DNA of 64,000 nt. Origin: Paraphysomonas bandaiensis. Lineage: Eukaryota > Protista > Chrysophyceae. The stretch's first letter is position 1. The number at the start of each line of letters is the position of its first letter. Shown here in pieces: positions 25,465 through 39,978 of this stretch. The DNA is taken from positions 51,509 to 115,508 of the forward strand of contig CBFFRP010000212.1 of NCBI GenBank assembly GCA_965644295.1, written 5' to 3'. The notes under the pieces were generated by a model. It was not told the DNA's origin and did no database searches. It worked only from the letters and a program-made list of their open reading frames with translations. A program made the translations under genes and the position numbers.

Positions 25465-28397
25465 CTAAATTTCTCCATTGTTATCATCTCTTTTGAAAAG
25501 ATACATGAACCCCAAGCTCAGTGGAGTGGACTTCGACAGTGCAACCTAACAGAGAAATTACTACAACCAAAGAGCCATTTCGCGAATAGGTCACCTTATC
25601 ATCATTGAAAAATATCCACTGCCCATCCTTTTTTATGTGACAGACATAGTGTCCATGATCAGTGTTCCTGCCAATGTGACTGATTATAGCTTGAAGTGTG
25701 TATTTCCCCTCGCCATCATTTTGCTCTAACAGAGTTGACGATCCAGTACCTTCCGTATTCAGTCCCCCCGATCCATTGCCCTCTACCTGCGCACACATCA
25801 CAGTCATGATATCTCAATGCAGCTATAAAATATTTTGACATGTATACCTCCGCAACTGCGGCATCAATATTATCAGTGTGAGAGAAGAGCCAATCTGCAG
25901 CCCTGCGAGGAGTTAGATGTGATACCTACTAAAGCTGTTCACCAACCCACCTTTCAACGTTATAATCTGTAGCCTTCAAAGCAGCCATGCACTGCTTTTC
26001 AGTGTATCCAAAAGAAGTCAGCATAGCAAGAGAATTAGCATCCACTGCTGGGGAGGACGCAGAGTTGCAACGTTCGGCAGAGGCAGGGGGGTCATTGAAG
26101 TCCGGATCTTCCATATGAGCGAACACCCAACCCATAGCTGCATCTGCATCGGTATTGTGAGTAGCCAGGGCAGCTCGTTTAGATCCATTCTCGGAGAAAC
26201 CCATGGACATCAGCTGAGCAACAATTCCCTCGTCCGCTTCCACTGGGCATGCAGCTGTAGCATTAGTACTTGACGAAGATACATCTTGGGGCATCTCGAT
26301 TTCCCCATCTTGAAGTCCGCCACTGCAGCGGTACTGGGAAAGGTCGATGTGTTCAGGGACCGGAACTTCCGCGTCAATTTTACACAATTTCCAATCAGAG
26401 TCTACATAGTAACGACCGAGTTTTACCATCAAGTACCTCGGGAAATTACGAAATCTAGCTGTTCGTAACGCAGCTGAAAGTGGAGCTGGTTCAATTCCAT
26501 TTCCCAAGGCGGGGTTGCGATATTCTACTTGTTCTGATGCAAAAAAATTGTCTAGACAAGCCTCGAAAGGAACTACCAATGTCGGTTCACTTTGGTCCTC
26601 TGTATTATCAGCACTGGAAGGCGTTGATGAGTCAGCGAGCTTTCGCTTCCGTTCGCGGTGCTGAGCAACCTCGTCAGAGTTGACAGCGCAGAACAAGGGT
26701 ATCGGTAGCTCTAGAACATTCTGGGCAGTACCCTGGCCTGACACATATCGTACCATGTTCGTGATACTACACTGGTAGCGCTGCTGGAGCTCGAATAAAA
26801 AAACGGAGGGAGTGTCCATGGCACCCGGAGGGGCGGGAATACGAGTGCCCAGTGCAGTGCGTTCCGCTCGCTGAACCTGATCCAAAAGATACTGCATATA
26901 TTCCGAGGCGTCCTGTTGCCGCCCAGAAGAAAACTCTCTATGGCCTCGACCCACCAGATGCTTCAGCATGCGAGGAGCAATAACAAGACTTTCGTCCCGC
27001 ACTGCTGAGGGTTCCTCCTCAGATGACATGCGCACCATCGACTGTGGCACTTGAAGGGCATACCTATCAGAAAGTAATGCAACAGCAATCTTGCTCATCT
27101 GTACAGGAATATCATCAGTGGGATCACAGTTTTCGGGCAGTGAGGATACGATTGCATTGGAATTGTCATAGTATCTTGTCTGGAACTCAGGAATGCTAAA
27201 CAGCACTTGTAATACAGAGTTCATATAACAGGTGGAACCGATATTGGTCAGTCCGATTCTTCCAGGCCCCGTGACAGTTTCGAGATCCTCACCACTCTCC
27301 AGGATCTTGCTCCAGTCATATGTCATATTCTTGGCTACCTCTTCTTCCCCAAGGGTACGCTCAGTTTTCTCCAAACGCATAATATCTATGCCCCAGTGGG
27401 AAAGGTATTCGCCCAAACGAGGAACTTTAACGAGACAGTCCTCGTCCTCCGCATATGACCACACGTCTGCTCCATGGGGAGTAATGGTGCCTACATTTAC
27501 AAATACAACTCCTTATGAGAATTCTACATGTATGCTGTCACCGACACTAACCTAACTTGACGCAGAGCGGGTATTTTTTCCCCGTGTCGATATAGTGCTG
27601 CAGAGCTGCACCAGATCCACCAGATCCGTCCCAGTGCTTTCTCCCACCACCAATATAACCTGTTGAGAGGTTCAACCATAAATTCCCAGTGTCACCTGAG
27701 GCTTCACATGCCCAATTTTTAGGGTTGTTGGAGATAATCTTGCCATTGTCCAGCTGCTCCAAGTTAGCTGCGTACTTGCTCTCAATTACATCCTGGTCAG
27801 CTTGCCAGGTATCCACTTGCATATTAGCCCGCATCCCCTGGTGGTCAATAATCGCCTCGCATATGGTGCGTACAAACTCTGGGATATCTGTGTCAGACAG
27901 TGGCAGCTCATGTGTCTCACCATTTTCAATAACAACTAAAAAATGAGTCTTCTCAACGTCATACTTGGGGCCTGTGTTAAACCCGCCCTCAACTCCAATC
28001 GCAAGCTTAGTTGGGGCATCATCATTGGAACAATCGTCTTTCCTGTGCACTTGTCTCCAAATCTCGTGCAAGTATAGTTTGCATCCGGTTCGGAGGGCAT
28101 CTGCTCTGAAGTGGTCTTGTCCATAGCCGAGAAACGACTGCAGGTTTACATACAGACCTCCAGGAGAATAGGGGCTACATGGGAACACAACACAGAGGTG
28201 AGGGGGGCGACACACAGGCATGTAACGGCATGTAACGGCATGTAACGGCATGTATGAGTATGTATGTATGAATATGCGCACCTGTCGAATGATAAGACAC
28301 ACTCGTCATTATACACACGATCACTAGGACCAGGGACACGAAGGCTCGAGAGCTCAGAGCGAATAATGGGAAGAAGATCAGAGGCAGATCGGTTCAT
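25465..28397 (-). CDS. USP5: Ubiquitin carboxyl-terminal hydrolase 5/13 (isopeptidase T/Ubp14), multi-exon
   Basis: N-terminal [11 protein letters not shown], ZnF-UBP-like [15 protein letters not shown] and [12 protein letters not shown], Cys box [19 protein letters not shown], two UBA domains, and His box [16 protein letters not shown]...FNDDKV. Confidence 0.95.
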
Positions 28398-28668
28398 GTT
28401 AAGTGGTTTACTCGTAGCTGTTCACTGTGATAGTGCTGCACTGAGATGTCCAGCATCCTCATGACTCCTCGAGCTGTATAACATCTAGACATGTACCGGT
28501 GTACGGTGTGTAGGTGTGTATTCGTACATAGAGATACGCACAGAGGAACAATCCCGTAAACATACTGATGCAATGTATACACTACAGTACCCGTATACCG
28601 ATGTATACCAGCAGAAAAAGTACACAAAAATGAATCTTTCTGCACACAAAAACACCATAAAAAAAACA

Positions 28669-28741
28669 CGATCTACCTCGGACTCGAACCGAGAACCTCC
28701 ACATCCGAAGTGTGGCGCGCTATCCATTACGCCAGCAGACC
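28669..28741 (-). tRNA. tRNA-Arg (anticodon UCG)
   Basis: GGTCTGCTGGCGTAATGGATAGCGCGCCACACT-TCG-GATGTGGAGGTTCTCGGTTCGAGTCCGAGGTAGATCG folds as a cloverleaf with a GGTTCGA T-loop, followed by an oligo-T Pol III terminator. Confidence 0.95.
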
Positions 28742-31290
28742 CTGAGACAGACGGTGAAAATTGGGATATAGAAATACAAAGCTGCACTCAGCTTCTGGAA
28801 AAGTCCTACCACACAAGTCCAGAAAAATGAATTCTGTTTTTTTGTATGGGAGTGTGTGTAGGAGGGGGTTGAAGTGGAGATATTCTGGTCTGCAGAATTC
28901 TGCGTTTATGTACGTGATTCTGCGTTAATGTACGTCCCTCTTAACGACCATATCGAGCGTATGGCTGCGTAAAAGTACTTATATATATATATAGTCTTGT
29001 AGAGGACTCTTATTACTACTATGTGCCTTACTGACAATATCTACCGTGTGTAATCAGGTCAGTATTCCCAGTGAATATGCTAACGTCATGAAATAACAAA
29101 TATGTTCCAGTGGCCACCATAAGGCGCGATGACAACACCTAAAAACTCTTTAAGTATCGATATCAGGCAGTCTAATATGCCCTACCTCTCATTGGGTGGC
29201 TTCATACTCCACTACGGTTGCCACAAAGGTGTCTGGTATTACATTTACCAGGGTCAGTCAGAGCAGTGTAAATTGATTGATGATAATTAGAATTGTTGTA
29301 GTTTCATAGAGATGTGCACAAACAGGTGATGGGGGAGTGCTTAATGCCTGTCAGTTGTTGTTTTTGCGATCCGAGCCAGGAAATGCATTGACTGTGGCCA
29401 CTGCCTTCGAATTGATTGGCAATCGAAGCAAGCCTTTGTAGTGCTACAGTTGAGAGACGTGTTGATGCGTATGCCGAACGGCAATGTCAGTGATGCCGTC
29501 AAATTACTTTTTAATGTTTGCATGTGTTGAAACGTTAAATATCGGGATGTACCAAAACCTTCATAAGATCAATTAGAAGCATATATATCGAGAGGACAAA
29601 ACAAGAGTTATTATTGATAGTGATCCAAGTCAAGAACTATCCAGTATCAAGAATTATAGTCCAAAGCTTCATGGAATGTACAACTTGTGAAAGGTTTAAA
29701 CTTGGCACAAAGGTGTACATGAATTTCTAAATGAGAAAGCAAAGAAATTAACTTCGATTAGTTTGGATATATATATTTTTAGTAAGCCAATCTTGCCTAT
29801 GATTATTATTTTCGTAATTAAGTGTCTGAATCATCGCTTGGAGGTGTTGAAGTGCTGTCCGAGAAAGTTTCCGGTAGTTTTAATATTTATAGATTTTGTT
29901 GTGCGTATGTATTGAGTTATATCCACACATTAAACTACAACCAACTCCATAATGGGGTAATAATATAATAAAAGCATACAGGGGTACTGAGGGGAGGTTG
30001 TAAGGCAATGAGGTAGCATACATGGGTGCCTTGGCTAGTGGCTACACCTAGGCAGTACGCAGAATTAGGAGAGAGGAGTGCATAATATTCAATTGTTATA
30101 ATATATATATATATATATTTTCAAGATTATAAAAGCATTATAGACATAGCATAGAGTGTACTTTGATGCGTTGGTTTCCTCTGGGGGTGATATGGGGGCT
30201 GATGGGGTGGTGTATGTAAGTGCTTGTGATTGGGGTATAATGTACAATTAGTAGTTGGTGTGAAAAGAGTTTCCATACGTGTCAACATGTGTATAAAGCC
30301 AAAATATAGCTAAACATACAATGTTCATATTGTATACAATGTACTTGTCATGTTTTTCATCATCTGGAGGTCACCTAACAGCCTCTGGTGGTTGACATAT
30401 AGAGGAGAACTATATCTGTATTGGAATAGTAAATTACAAGCTTATTATTATTATTTCTTGGGTTACCTGCTGTCACAGTATATATACTTATGATTTATAT
30501 GTTTTTACGATGTCTATGAAGGTGCACTCGGCTCAAGGGCTCACTGTGATGAATACTGGTGATATGCATATTAAGCGTGTGAGCGTGTGTCAATGTGTTT
30601 CAACTCTGTACATATTTTCATACTCTCACTATAGAAAAGATAAAATTTGTACGCTCTATGAGTATAAATATATATAGACTCCGTACATTTAAGTCAACTT
30701 TTGGCCTTCTACTGCTCTTCTTCTTCATACTTACCAGATCGCCTGCTTGCTCAATAAGATGCTTAATAACGACTGTAATGACCCACTTAATGATGCCACG
30801 AATAAACCTCGTCTTATCTTTCCTTTAAAGGGTTGTGACATTGCTGTCTTATGTCGATATTGTCTTGTATTTGTTGCTATCTTTTAATGTGTCTATCACG
30901 TCTTTTATCTCTTCCACAGATAGAGCTCCATTATTGGGGTAAACCGTATGGAATAAATTACCTTTTTTACATCTACCCTTTTCTTAATAGAATGCTGTAT
31001 TTTTAGGGTAAAAATAGTAAAAATGGGAGAAAAAAATAAATTGCCGCCATCCTTTAATCTGAGGGTGTGGGGAATAGTGAGTGGTGATGATGAGTGAGAA
31101 CTTTTCTCGTTTTTCTGGACTTGTCTGGTAGGAAAAAGAACATTACTGCTGTATTCGGCTGTAGGACTGTACAGTATATGAGTGTACAACAGTTACAGTT
31201 CACGCACTTATCTCTCTCACATATATATGCATACAGCTACATACCTGACTCTATCACATCATTCTATTTCATAGTACGACGTCTTAGTCA

Positions 31291-31719
31291 ATGGCTGAAA
31301 CTAAAGCTACAGAGAAGAAGCAAGTCGGTGAGCACAGCTTCACTGCTGATCAGCAGAACTGGGAGCAGGTGCGTTATGTTCCCTGCGGCGCAGTTTGTCA
31401 GTTTATTTACATTTATGTAGCGAGTGAAAACTGAATTAGAAAGTAGCAAGAAGTGGAATGAGCACTGGGGAACCCTCTTTGCTGGTAATGTGCCGAATGA
31501 CTACAAAGAGCGTGTAGAGTTTCTGGAGGAAGAGCTGAAAAAGTACGAAACTTTTTCTGATAGTGTGTTCATTCTAACTCATTGTAAAACAGACAAAAAG
31601 CAAGCGGTGAGTCATTCTCTCAGTGTCGCTATGGAGTTGGCTCTGCGTTTAAAGAAGTTACCGTCGGTAATAAAGATTATCGAAGGAAGAAGTTTTTCGT
31701 CGATGACGTAGACTGTTAG
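31291..31719 (+). CDS. Small CIMIP1/C20orf85-like ciliary microtubule inner protein, 3 exons
   Basis: Spliced product MAETK...DQQNWEQ/RVKTELESSKKWNEHWGTL...CRYG resembles the family pattern DxxWxxRxxxExxxxxxWxxxWG. Two ~50-nt GT-AG introns. Confidence 0.65.
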
Positions 31720-32202
31720 GAAACTGCACGTTGTCTACTTTCATACACTTTGTCTACTTTCATGCACTTGTATATTCTCATGCATTTGTTTACGCGTGTC
31801 GTTCAATAATGCTGCTGCTGTGATAAAGATTACTAAGGTACTCATGTACATTTACTATGTGCACTTTGATTCAAAGCTTTCTCACTAATTATTATCTAAA
31901 CTCCAATTTTGGTTGGAAATATTAAGCCATCCATTGGTAGGAGAACTGAATCAACTAGTAGTTATTTATCATGCAAGATAGCAATATTTAAACACTGAAC
32001 ACACTCTCCAAACTTATGTGTGATGATCGGTACATCGCTGAAGGCTACTATGTACAGTATCTTCTCTCCTTGGTAATTATGACCACGTGAACACCACTGG
32101 TATGTCAAGTATATACATTTCGCTATCACGTGGATACCACCTTATATTATGAAAAGTCCTTTCTAAATCTTCCGTATCATAGTAAACATTATTAATACAC
32201 AG

Positions 32203-35200
32203 TTATCCCACAGAATCATTATCTACTATTCTATTATTTTGAGGACACATAACAGAATCATTATTGCTATCGTCATCAGAATCACCACTCCTCATCAATA
32301 ACTCTTTAACAACTTTCTGTCGCATCCGCTTCTCAAGACGAAAGTGATTCTCTACGGTTCCACTATCTGAATTTTGTAGCTCTATCGCTTGGTCGCAGTT
32401 TTCACCCGTGACGCACACATGTCCATTGGGAGAACCCTCCTTCGATTCACCTTGTCCCACTCTTGTAGGGGAGGCGTCTTTACATCCACCAATAGAGACC
32501 AGACTTTGGGCAGCGTCAACAACTAGTTCTGTTTCTGTATTCTCCTTTGATTGTAACTCAGTTCTATTTTCAGAGAGAACCACACTCACTTGTCCATTGT
32601 ATGCGGGCTCGGTCTCTGTGACCACCACCTGGTCAGTAGTTGTTTCTGGCGCATGTCCTACGCTATTACTTCTGCTGCGGGAGCCAGATCCAATACTACT
32701 TGCATGTTCGACAAATTCCCCCCAATGTTCATCATCTTCTTCGTGATACTGTTGTTCGTCATGCATGAATATCGTCGGATGCACAGCATTGTCATCAAAC
32801 ACGAAACCCCTTTCTCTTTCGCCCCTCCCGTTGTGAATATCTGGGGAGCTACAGGGACTGATAGAAGGAGATCGGCGACGGGGTGGAGGAATCGCACGCA
32901 CAGGGCGTGATACAACGGTTTCCAACCTAGGTAGAGGAGGAATAATTTCGTTGTCTACCTTGAAAGTGTCCATGTATTTCCTTCTATGACACCCCACAAT
33001 TACCAACATCTAATATTGATCAACTATGCCACATATATTCAGGTGATAGATATTACGCAATGTCAAAGTGCCACAAAATAGAATGTCATATATCAGTGGT
33101 ATTGACCTGTCCTTGTCGCTGCAGTCGCCTTGAGCACTTAGAGCTTTCTTGGGAAGTCTAGGGAGGTTTGCTGCTGATGTATTCACCGCCAACGAAACAA
33201 GAGGACTGATAATCTCTTCCGTCATATCATTTGCCCCCATAAAGCCTTCGTTTAACACGCGCTCCTCCTCTGTATAAAGTGAGAGAAAAGTAGTAAATTT
33301 AGGTTGGCTACCTGTGGGATGATAATTGGGTGGATGAACTTCCACGCCACGAGCTGACACCACAACACCTATACCTATAGCACAGCCAATATAAGAACAG
33401 CTACACATAATTGCAGATAAGTAATCACCATGAGTTGACATTGCTTCGCGCCTGCGACACAATATTTCCTTCTGCACAGGGTTCATAGCGTGCTCATTAC
33501 TATGACAGGAAGCACCGTACTGGGATTGCAACAGGCCATGAGAGGAATTCGGGCTAATTGTATCCATGTTCTCTCCACTGCACTCAATATCCATATCTCC
33601 CATCGTCTCTGTATGTAAACTGGAGTAATAAGTCATTCTACACGGAAAGATACTGCTCGAGGAGCTATCAGAGTGCTCGCTGCTCCCAATGTCAGACTCC
33701 TCACTGTACTCCGAGGAGGTTGTGGATGTCTGACGGCGGTGACCTTTGCGACTCCTCGGGCGGGCACGAATAGGAGTCGCCCCTCTCAGCAGAGAGTTAA
33801 ATGCCAGTCTCCTGCAATCATATCAGCACACAACACCCACACCAGCAACTCTCACTTATTTCGTCCTCTGTAACGGTGGCTCATTTCTATAGCAACACTG
33901 TCCAGGTTCCCTGACAGAGCATTTACCTTAGAAGCGCAAAATGATATATACCACGCAAAGCATACCTGCCAGGTAGGTCCTCATGCGCACAACCTCCGGC
34001 GTTTCCTTCTCAGACCGCTGCAAGGCGTAATCCTGATAGACCGGCATGAAGTTGTGGTACACATCCTGCAGAGGGAATTGGTACAAGCGGAAACTATTCC
34101 AGTAAACGAACCTGCATAACATCGTGCACCGAGAGAACACTTTTGACATTATCGATAAACCTACTATCAGGTATTCCTCCCTGGAACTCTGCACAGCATA
34201 TAACAAGAGGTATACGCCCTGGCGTGATATACATACCTGAAGTGGGGAAAGCGCACATAAGCAGAAACGAAAAAAGGACCATCTCCACACAGAGAATGAG
34301 ATCGTTCCACATATACGAGTCTTCGGGAGACATCGAGCTCGCCTTCACCGCAAGACTCTGGTAATATGTTGCGAATACGATGGCTGCACAGAATCAGGGC
34401 GGTCACTTTTCATAACATCACTACATAACACATGCCAACCTTTAACCGTCGCGAACTTCAGAACAGGTCTAAATTTCCGTATAAGTTGTTTGGTGGCAAG
34501 GTAGAAGACAAACATGCAGTACAGAGCCCATGCGTAGCTGCAATAACCAGTCATCGCAATGCTAAAACAGCGATGCAACTGACCTGATGTTATACACAAT
34601 AAACTCAAATATCTGATACGGAAGCTTATAATAGTTGTCGGTGGCAATCATAATGACATCCATGATAGCCACAATTGGTTTCACTATAATGAACTGCAGC
34701 ACACCTCGATGACATAGCCGCATCAATCTGTATGCGTCTTTACAATAAACGACTATATCAACAAGGAATATCACCAACCTTGCATCTCTAGGCCTAGGTT
34801 TCAAAAAACACAGAGGACAAGGCATACGCAGCTGTGGCTCGTTTTCGATTTGGTATATGCAATCCGTTTCGCCGCCACAGTACTCCAGAATTAAATTTAG
34901 AAAAGAGTAAATGACGAAGGCTTCGTATACATCTCTTCCAATTTCAGCATAAGCTCCTGCGTCTCCTAAGCCAAGTGCCATGGCAGAGCACACGGCATAC
35001 ACAGGACATATAAACAGAATGCGGATGACGTATATCTGTATCCCGGGCATGGTGTAGTGGGTCAAGTGCTGTATGATGTGGGCGATGCTGATGACTATTG
35101 ACACACCCGCAAACACACAGGCTACAATAGTGGCCTGCACATGATATCAGCACACGCACATCACAGGGTGGTTTATCTATCACAGGACCTGATTGGTGTG

Positions 35201-35242
35201 GATCCACTCTACCTCCCCCTCTGGTATATACCGCCCGAACAT
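32203..35242 (-). CDS. TMEM184: TMEM184/LAZ1 (OST-alpha family) transporter with a long disordered C-terminal tail
   Basis: Motifs QHLTHYTMPGIQIYVIRILFICPVYA, RDVYEAFVIYSFLNL, GVLQFIIVKP, RPVLKFATVK, LILCVEM and DVYHNF. Many short introns. The junctions into the C-terminal exons (32203-33900) are less certain. Confidence 0.88.
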
Positions 35243-35852
35243 GCCCCCAGCTCGATCTATCTATAGCTACACATGCAGACAGAGTTGTCGCTTCACTGGT
35301 TCATTAGGTGCAGCACATATGGGCCTAACAGTGCCAGTAGCTGTACCTCAGTCTGTGTCTGTGTCTGTGTGGGTGGATAGAGCTGTAGATGAGCTCTAGC
35401 TGTGAGTTGGTAGCAGGAATATGAAGAAGAACATCAACACAGCACACAGCACTGCAATGTACACCTCCACCTGCATACACAGACAGATATGTACCGCTGT
35501 ATATAGACATACAGTGCTGTGTATGCAACACTCCTCCTTATAAAGGAGTACCGCTGCACGAGTCTAGAAAGACACCAAGACGAAAAATTGGTGCAAGGTA
35601 CAAAAAGACATCAAGAACAGCAGGAGTGTACCGTATTATACCGTACCGCAGTACCTTCCCGAGTGTACCAATGCACAACATGTACTGCACGATGTACTGT
35701 GTATCAACAATGAGCTGAAACACGAGCACTGGCGCTATCAATCTACCCATACACACACACACACACCTTAACCCTCATCGTCATCAACAGGTTATGATAA
35801 GTTAACCCGTGTCTTATATTCATCCCCTGTCGCCCCTATCTGTGTCCGCATA

Positions 35853-37037
35853 ATGCCTCCACGGTTCCGAGTGAACGGGTTTCAGCCTCCCATGTCAACA
35901 GACCAGCAGATGACTGTCGTGAGCTACCCCCTCATCTCTATTGTAATATACGCTAACATATCTGCTGATGGTGATGTCCTGATGGTGACATGTATGTCAG
36001 GCATATTACTGCATAGTGATAGCAGTGGAGGAGAGAGCCGATAGACTCATAGCCACACTACTTCCACACGCTCTGCTGTGTGTGGTCTGTGTATCGAGCT
36101 GGTTCATAGTCGAGTCTTTGGATCCGATTGAAATGAATGACAAGACTGGCATTCCAGTCATATGTTTCAAGCGGTCAAAGTTAACTACTCGATATTGTGG
36201 TACTTGTCAGAAGCCGGTGTACGCTCTCGACCACCATTGCACCTGGCTGAACACCTGTATAGGAGGCCGCAACTACGTCCCCTTTCTTTTTCTCATATTT
36301 TCAGGATTTTTTCAGATGGGTCTTCAGACAGGGGTGGGTGCAGCCTACATGACGGCGTGGTTCACTGCAGAGCTGCGGGATACGATTCGGGATTCTCTTC
36401 CCGAACTGTGGGTGTACTATACACTCATGATAGCACATTGTGTGGTGGGCTTTGTATAGCGCCTGTCCTTTATTTTCTAATACTTACGTAGGTTGCGGGT
36501 GCAACGTGTGTAGCATTTGGCACCTTGCTATGTTTTCATTTGTATCTACTGTTGTGGGCTCGCATGGGCACGTACGAGTGGCTTTTGAGCGGGTGTGTTT
36601 TGTACTTTTATTATTATTTTGACTATAAATGTGTCTAACATTCTGTGAGCAGCCACGACACGTGGTCTAGTGCAGACAGTTATTCTGAGAGTAAGCTAAG
36701 AGAGGAAGAACAAAGGCGTCGTCAAGCAGAATTACGATGGGTAGAAACACAAAAGCAAAAGGTACTTACATTAGCCCCGGAGGGTGAGGACGAAATCGAA
36801 TTGGGAGAGTTAAATAGTCATGCGGAAGATAAAGTTAGTCGAACACCACCTGAGAGTGGGGTGGCAATCGTTGATATACCGGCAGAGCAAGATTTAAAAA
36901 TAAGCAAAGCACTTGAGGTACAGGAGTATCACCAGCTTCCCACGACGGAGGTGAAAGACAGCGTAGAAGACACGGAGCTACATTTATCGACAAGACAGTG
37001 CGATGAATCTACAGCGTCGAAAGATGATATTGGCTAA
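35853..37037 (+). CDS. DHHC palmitoyltransferase (ZDHHC1/11-like N-terminus)
   Basis: N-terminus RVNGFQPP, CGTCQKPVYALDHHCTWLNTCIGGRNY, a downstream GTYEW motif and TM helices. Three short introns. Confidence 0.9.
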
Positions 37038-38040
37038 CACTGTACCACTGGGAGTGGTAGATATAGTTTAGTAGTAGTATGGGCTGTTTTGTGTCGTGTT
37101 TGTGTCACCTGTAACTAATTGCGATTTATGCCGTTACATTCTCTCCTCAACTTTGATTGTCGAAATCCATGTGCGCGTATAATGTAGAACAAAAATGAAA
37201 TTTGAACACAGCGAAAGAGCTATTATTTTACTGCAAATTGTCCATATCACGGGAAAAAGTGACTGCAGACAGCCTTTTGGCGATTAGGAAATGATCGGCA
37301 TCAATGTGTCATTAAGAATTACTTTTGTATAATCAGTGGATATAAGAACGACTAGGTTGAATACCAAAATTGACTAGGTTGAGTCATTTACTACATTGTC
37401 TATGTTATTCCACCAAATTTGGCATGACTAGGATTGTCAACCAATTAGACTAGGTTGATTAGTATTTCCCATTATCTTTAGCTTATAGTCAGTTTTCATT
37501 CGAAGGGGAAGGTGGACGGTTTCCTACTAGCGCAAGTCCCTCCGGCAAAGAGTATAAGATGGATGCATGTGCTTAACGAGTGCACACAATGACAAAGCGA
37601 ACTAGTTGTTTATGGTATTCCCCTTGTCAAACGAAACTTTCCACCGAGGAAGGATAATAACATACTATAGACAATAGACAATAGACAATTGAATAGCAGA
37701 AAACGTATACATGTCGACAATGAGTCACTGGTGGTGGCACGTAGGTGTTCCTCCAGGTTTTTTACACTATTGATAGATTCATCACAAATTCGGACTCTCG
37801 CTACATTTTGTGAGGTCTGTCACCATTCAAAAAATGTGTTGAGAGAATGAAAGATCTACTGACTTTCTTGAAGGTAGAATCTTGCCCATGTCGATAATAT
37901 TAATATTATCTGGGTCGATCTTCTCTCTGTTTATGGGTATGAACTCACAGCTCTATCTGAAATAGAGCATAATTTATGACTATCTTCTTTAAAAGTTTAG
38001 CTAAAATTGACTATTTTAAATAATTCTAGTCTAATAGACG

Positions 38041-38466
38041 CCCTCAACAAAGTCGGACTCGCACCGATTCGTGATGTTCTGGGGGATAAGTACTAGAGAT
38101 ATTTCTCCGGGAAACTATCGTGGGTCGCATATAATTAGCAGAAAACTTTCTGCCTACTCATAAGCAAATGCTTGTGTGGTACAAGGGACACAAGTAAGTG
38201 TCAATGGTGCAGACATCTCTGGGCCTTGACGGATAAACAGGCACCTCAAGGGCATCCGGGGTATTGGGTTGCCTGATTATGTCAAGCATCCGGGCTAGTT
38301 TTAAGGGACAGAGAGCGAAAGTGGTTGCAACTTGATGCTTGCGGTGACGCACAAACGGCTTTCGTAGCGCTATATATAGTAGGATATCAGAGTGAAGCAG
38401 TGGTTAGTTAAATTAGCTCTTACTCTTACACGCTGATTGCTAATAATCAGATATTCACTACTACTA
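38041..38466 (+). mobile_element. SINE-like family copy (C) with both ends and internal deletions
   Basis: Same 5' start CCCTCAACAAAGTCGGACTCGCAC. 3' end TAATAATCAGATATTCACTACTACTA, a (CTA)n tail. Confidence 0.8.
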
Positions 38467-39087
38467 ACAGTCTTATGTAAATAAATAAAATTCTAGAAAT
38501 TATACTTGTCAACTGAAATACATTGACTGTATCTGATCGTGATTATTGAATTGATTATACAAGATTTGATAATATTGATTGGTAGAAGTGGCCATATAGA
38601 ATTAGCGAATAATGAAAGACAGTGAGTATAATGTGTGTGGTACTATAAGTTCAGTTACTTACTTCTAGTTTAAATATCAAGTTCTGTTACTAAGTTTCGA
38701 TTCAAGAATCCAAAGTGTCACTACTTTTACTGTTTTAACCGCATCTGGTGAATAACTGTTTTTCTTCACACCTGTTATCATATTTTTACCAGTCGTTCTC
38801 ATGTCACATTAAATATTCTAATATAGTTATATAAGAAATTCTGACTATTACATTAGAATATAGGTATATATGAATAACTCAAGTTTCGTTCCTCATTACA
38901 ATATCACCTTTTTCGATTATACGTTCTGTAGCAAAATTGGGTATGACAAGTATGGCTGATTAGGAGGTTGTTACATGGGTGATGGTATGATATGAGATGT
39001 AGATGGTAGTTATGATTAGATTAGAAGATACGAATATTTAGGCCAGATATAGGGTTGGAGTGTACCGGGACTATCCGTACATATGGA

Positions 39088-39485
39088 TGTAACGGACATT
39101 TATGGTAACCCGTACAGTATTATGATGGTATACGGTTGGTATTCTGTAGGATGATATAGGTGTAGATATAGCAAGATGTGAAGGGATTTCTATGTCCTTA
39201 TTTCTGGAAGTAGAAAACTAGCTATTTATGGCTGGGAAACCGCTTTTAGAATTAACTATGGGATATAGGTAGAAGAATATGGATTTTTAGATATATCAGA
39301 GTTGATAGTGTTGAGTTGAGTTGAAAGTTAAGAAGTAGCGAAGTTAAGAGTAAGAAGAGTAAGTTAAGTGTTGAGTGTTGTAAGAAGGCTATTCCTACCC
39401 TATATCACCTGTGTACATGGACCGGGATGATAAGACCAGCAATGTTAGTCATGATAACGAGGCTAAATCACCCGGAGTCCTTACA
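39088..39485. mobile_element. Possible solo LTR
   Basis: TG...CA ends with a short inverted repeat TGTAACGGAC / GTCCTTACA. ~400 bp with strong strand asymmetry. No matching TSD found. Confidence 0.3.
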
Positions 39486-39978
39486 GTTCGTTTCCCCTAT
39501 TGCACATCGTTAACTGTAATTGCACAATATACAATAAATCATACAGCAGAACTTAGCAGACTAGACATATATTGTACTTATCACACAAGAAATGTAGCAA
39601 TTGTAGTGGTTTGATGAATTTACAGTGTTCCAATAATTATTATAATAGCAACAATTATGCATACGCTAAGGCCAGTAATACGAACCCTTTTACAGATTTC
39701 ACTCAGTTTATTTGAGCTTGGTTCAACACAACGGAAAATGGATATGCATGTAATATTCAATTTTTTCAAACCTTAGCTAGTGTATCGCGAATAGCGAACA
39801 TAGCATTTTATCTCAGTTATATTCATAAGTAATGGTAGTTGAACTCGAAATATTAAGTTTTGACAATTAAGTCGCAGTCACTAGCGACTAATATTACCAA
39901 TTGGATGCAAGCTTTATTGCTTCAGTATTTTCCCCGAAGGTGATTATCAAGCTGCAGTGAGAGTGGTACGTATTCAGC

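Noticed and set aside
28217-28270. (GGCATGTAAC)n and (TATG)n repeats
   Set aside because: Ordinary micro/minisatellite inside USP5 intron 1.
29100-30900. Gene or element in the long spacer beyond the tRNA, including ATAGAGGAGAACTATA shared with ~57248
   Set aside because: Only broken reading frames, and no inverted partner or TSD could be found for the shared 16-mer.
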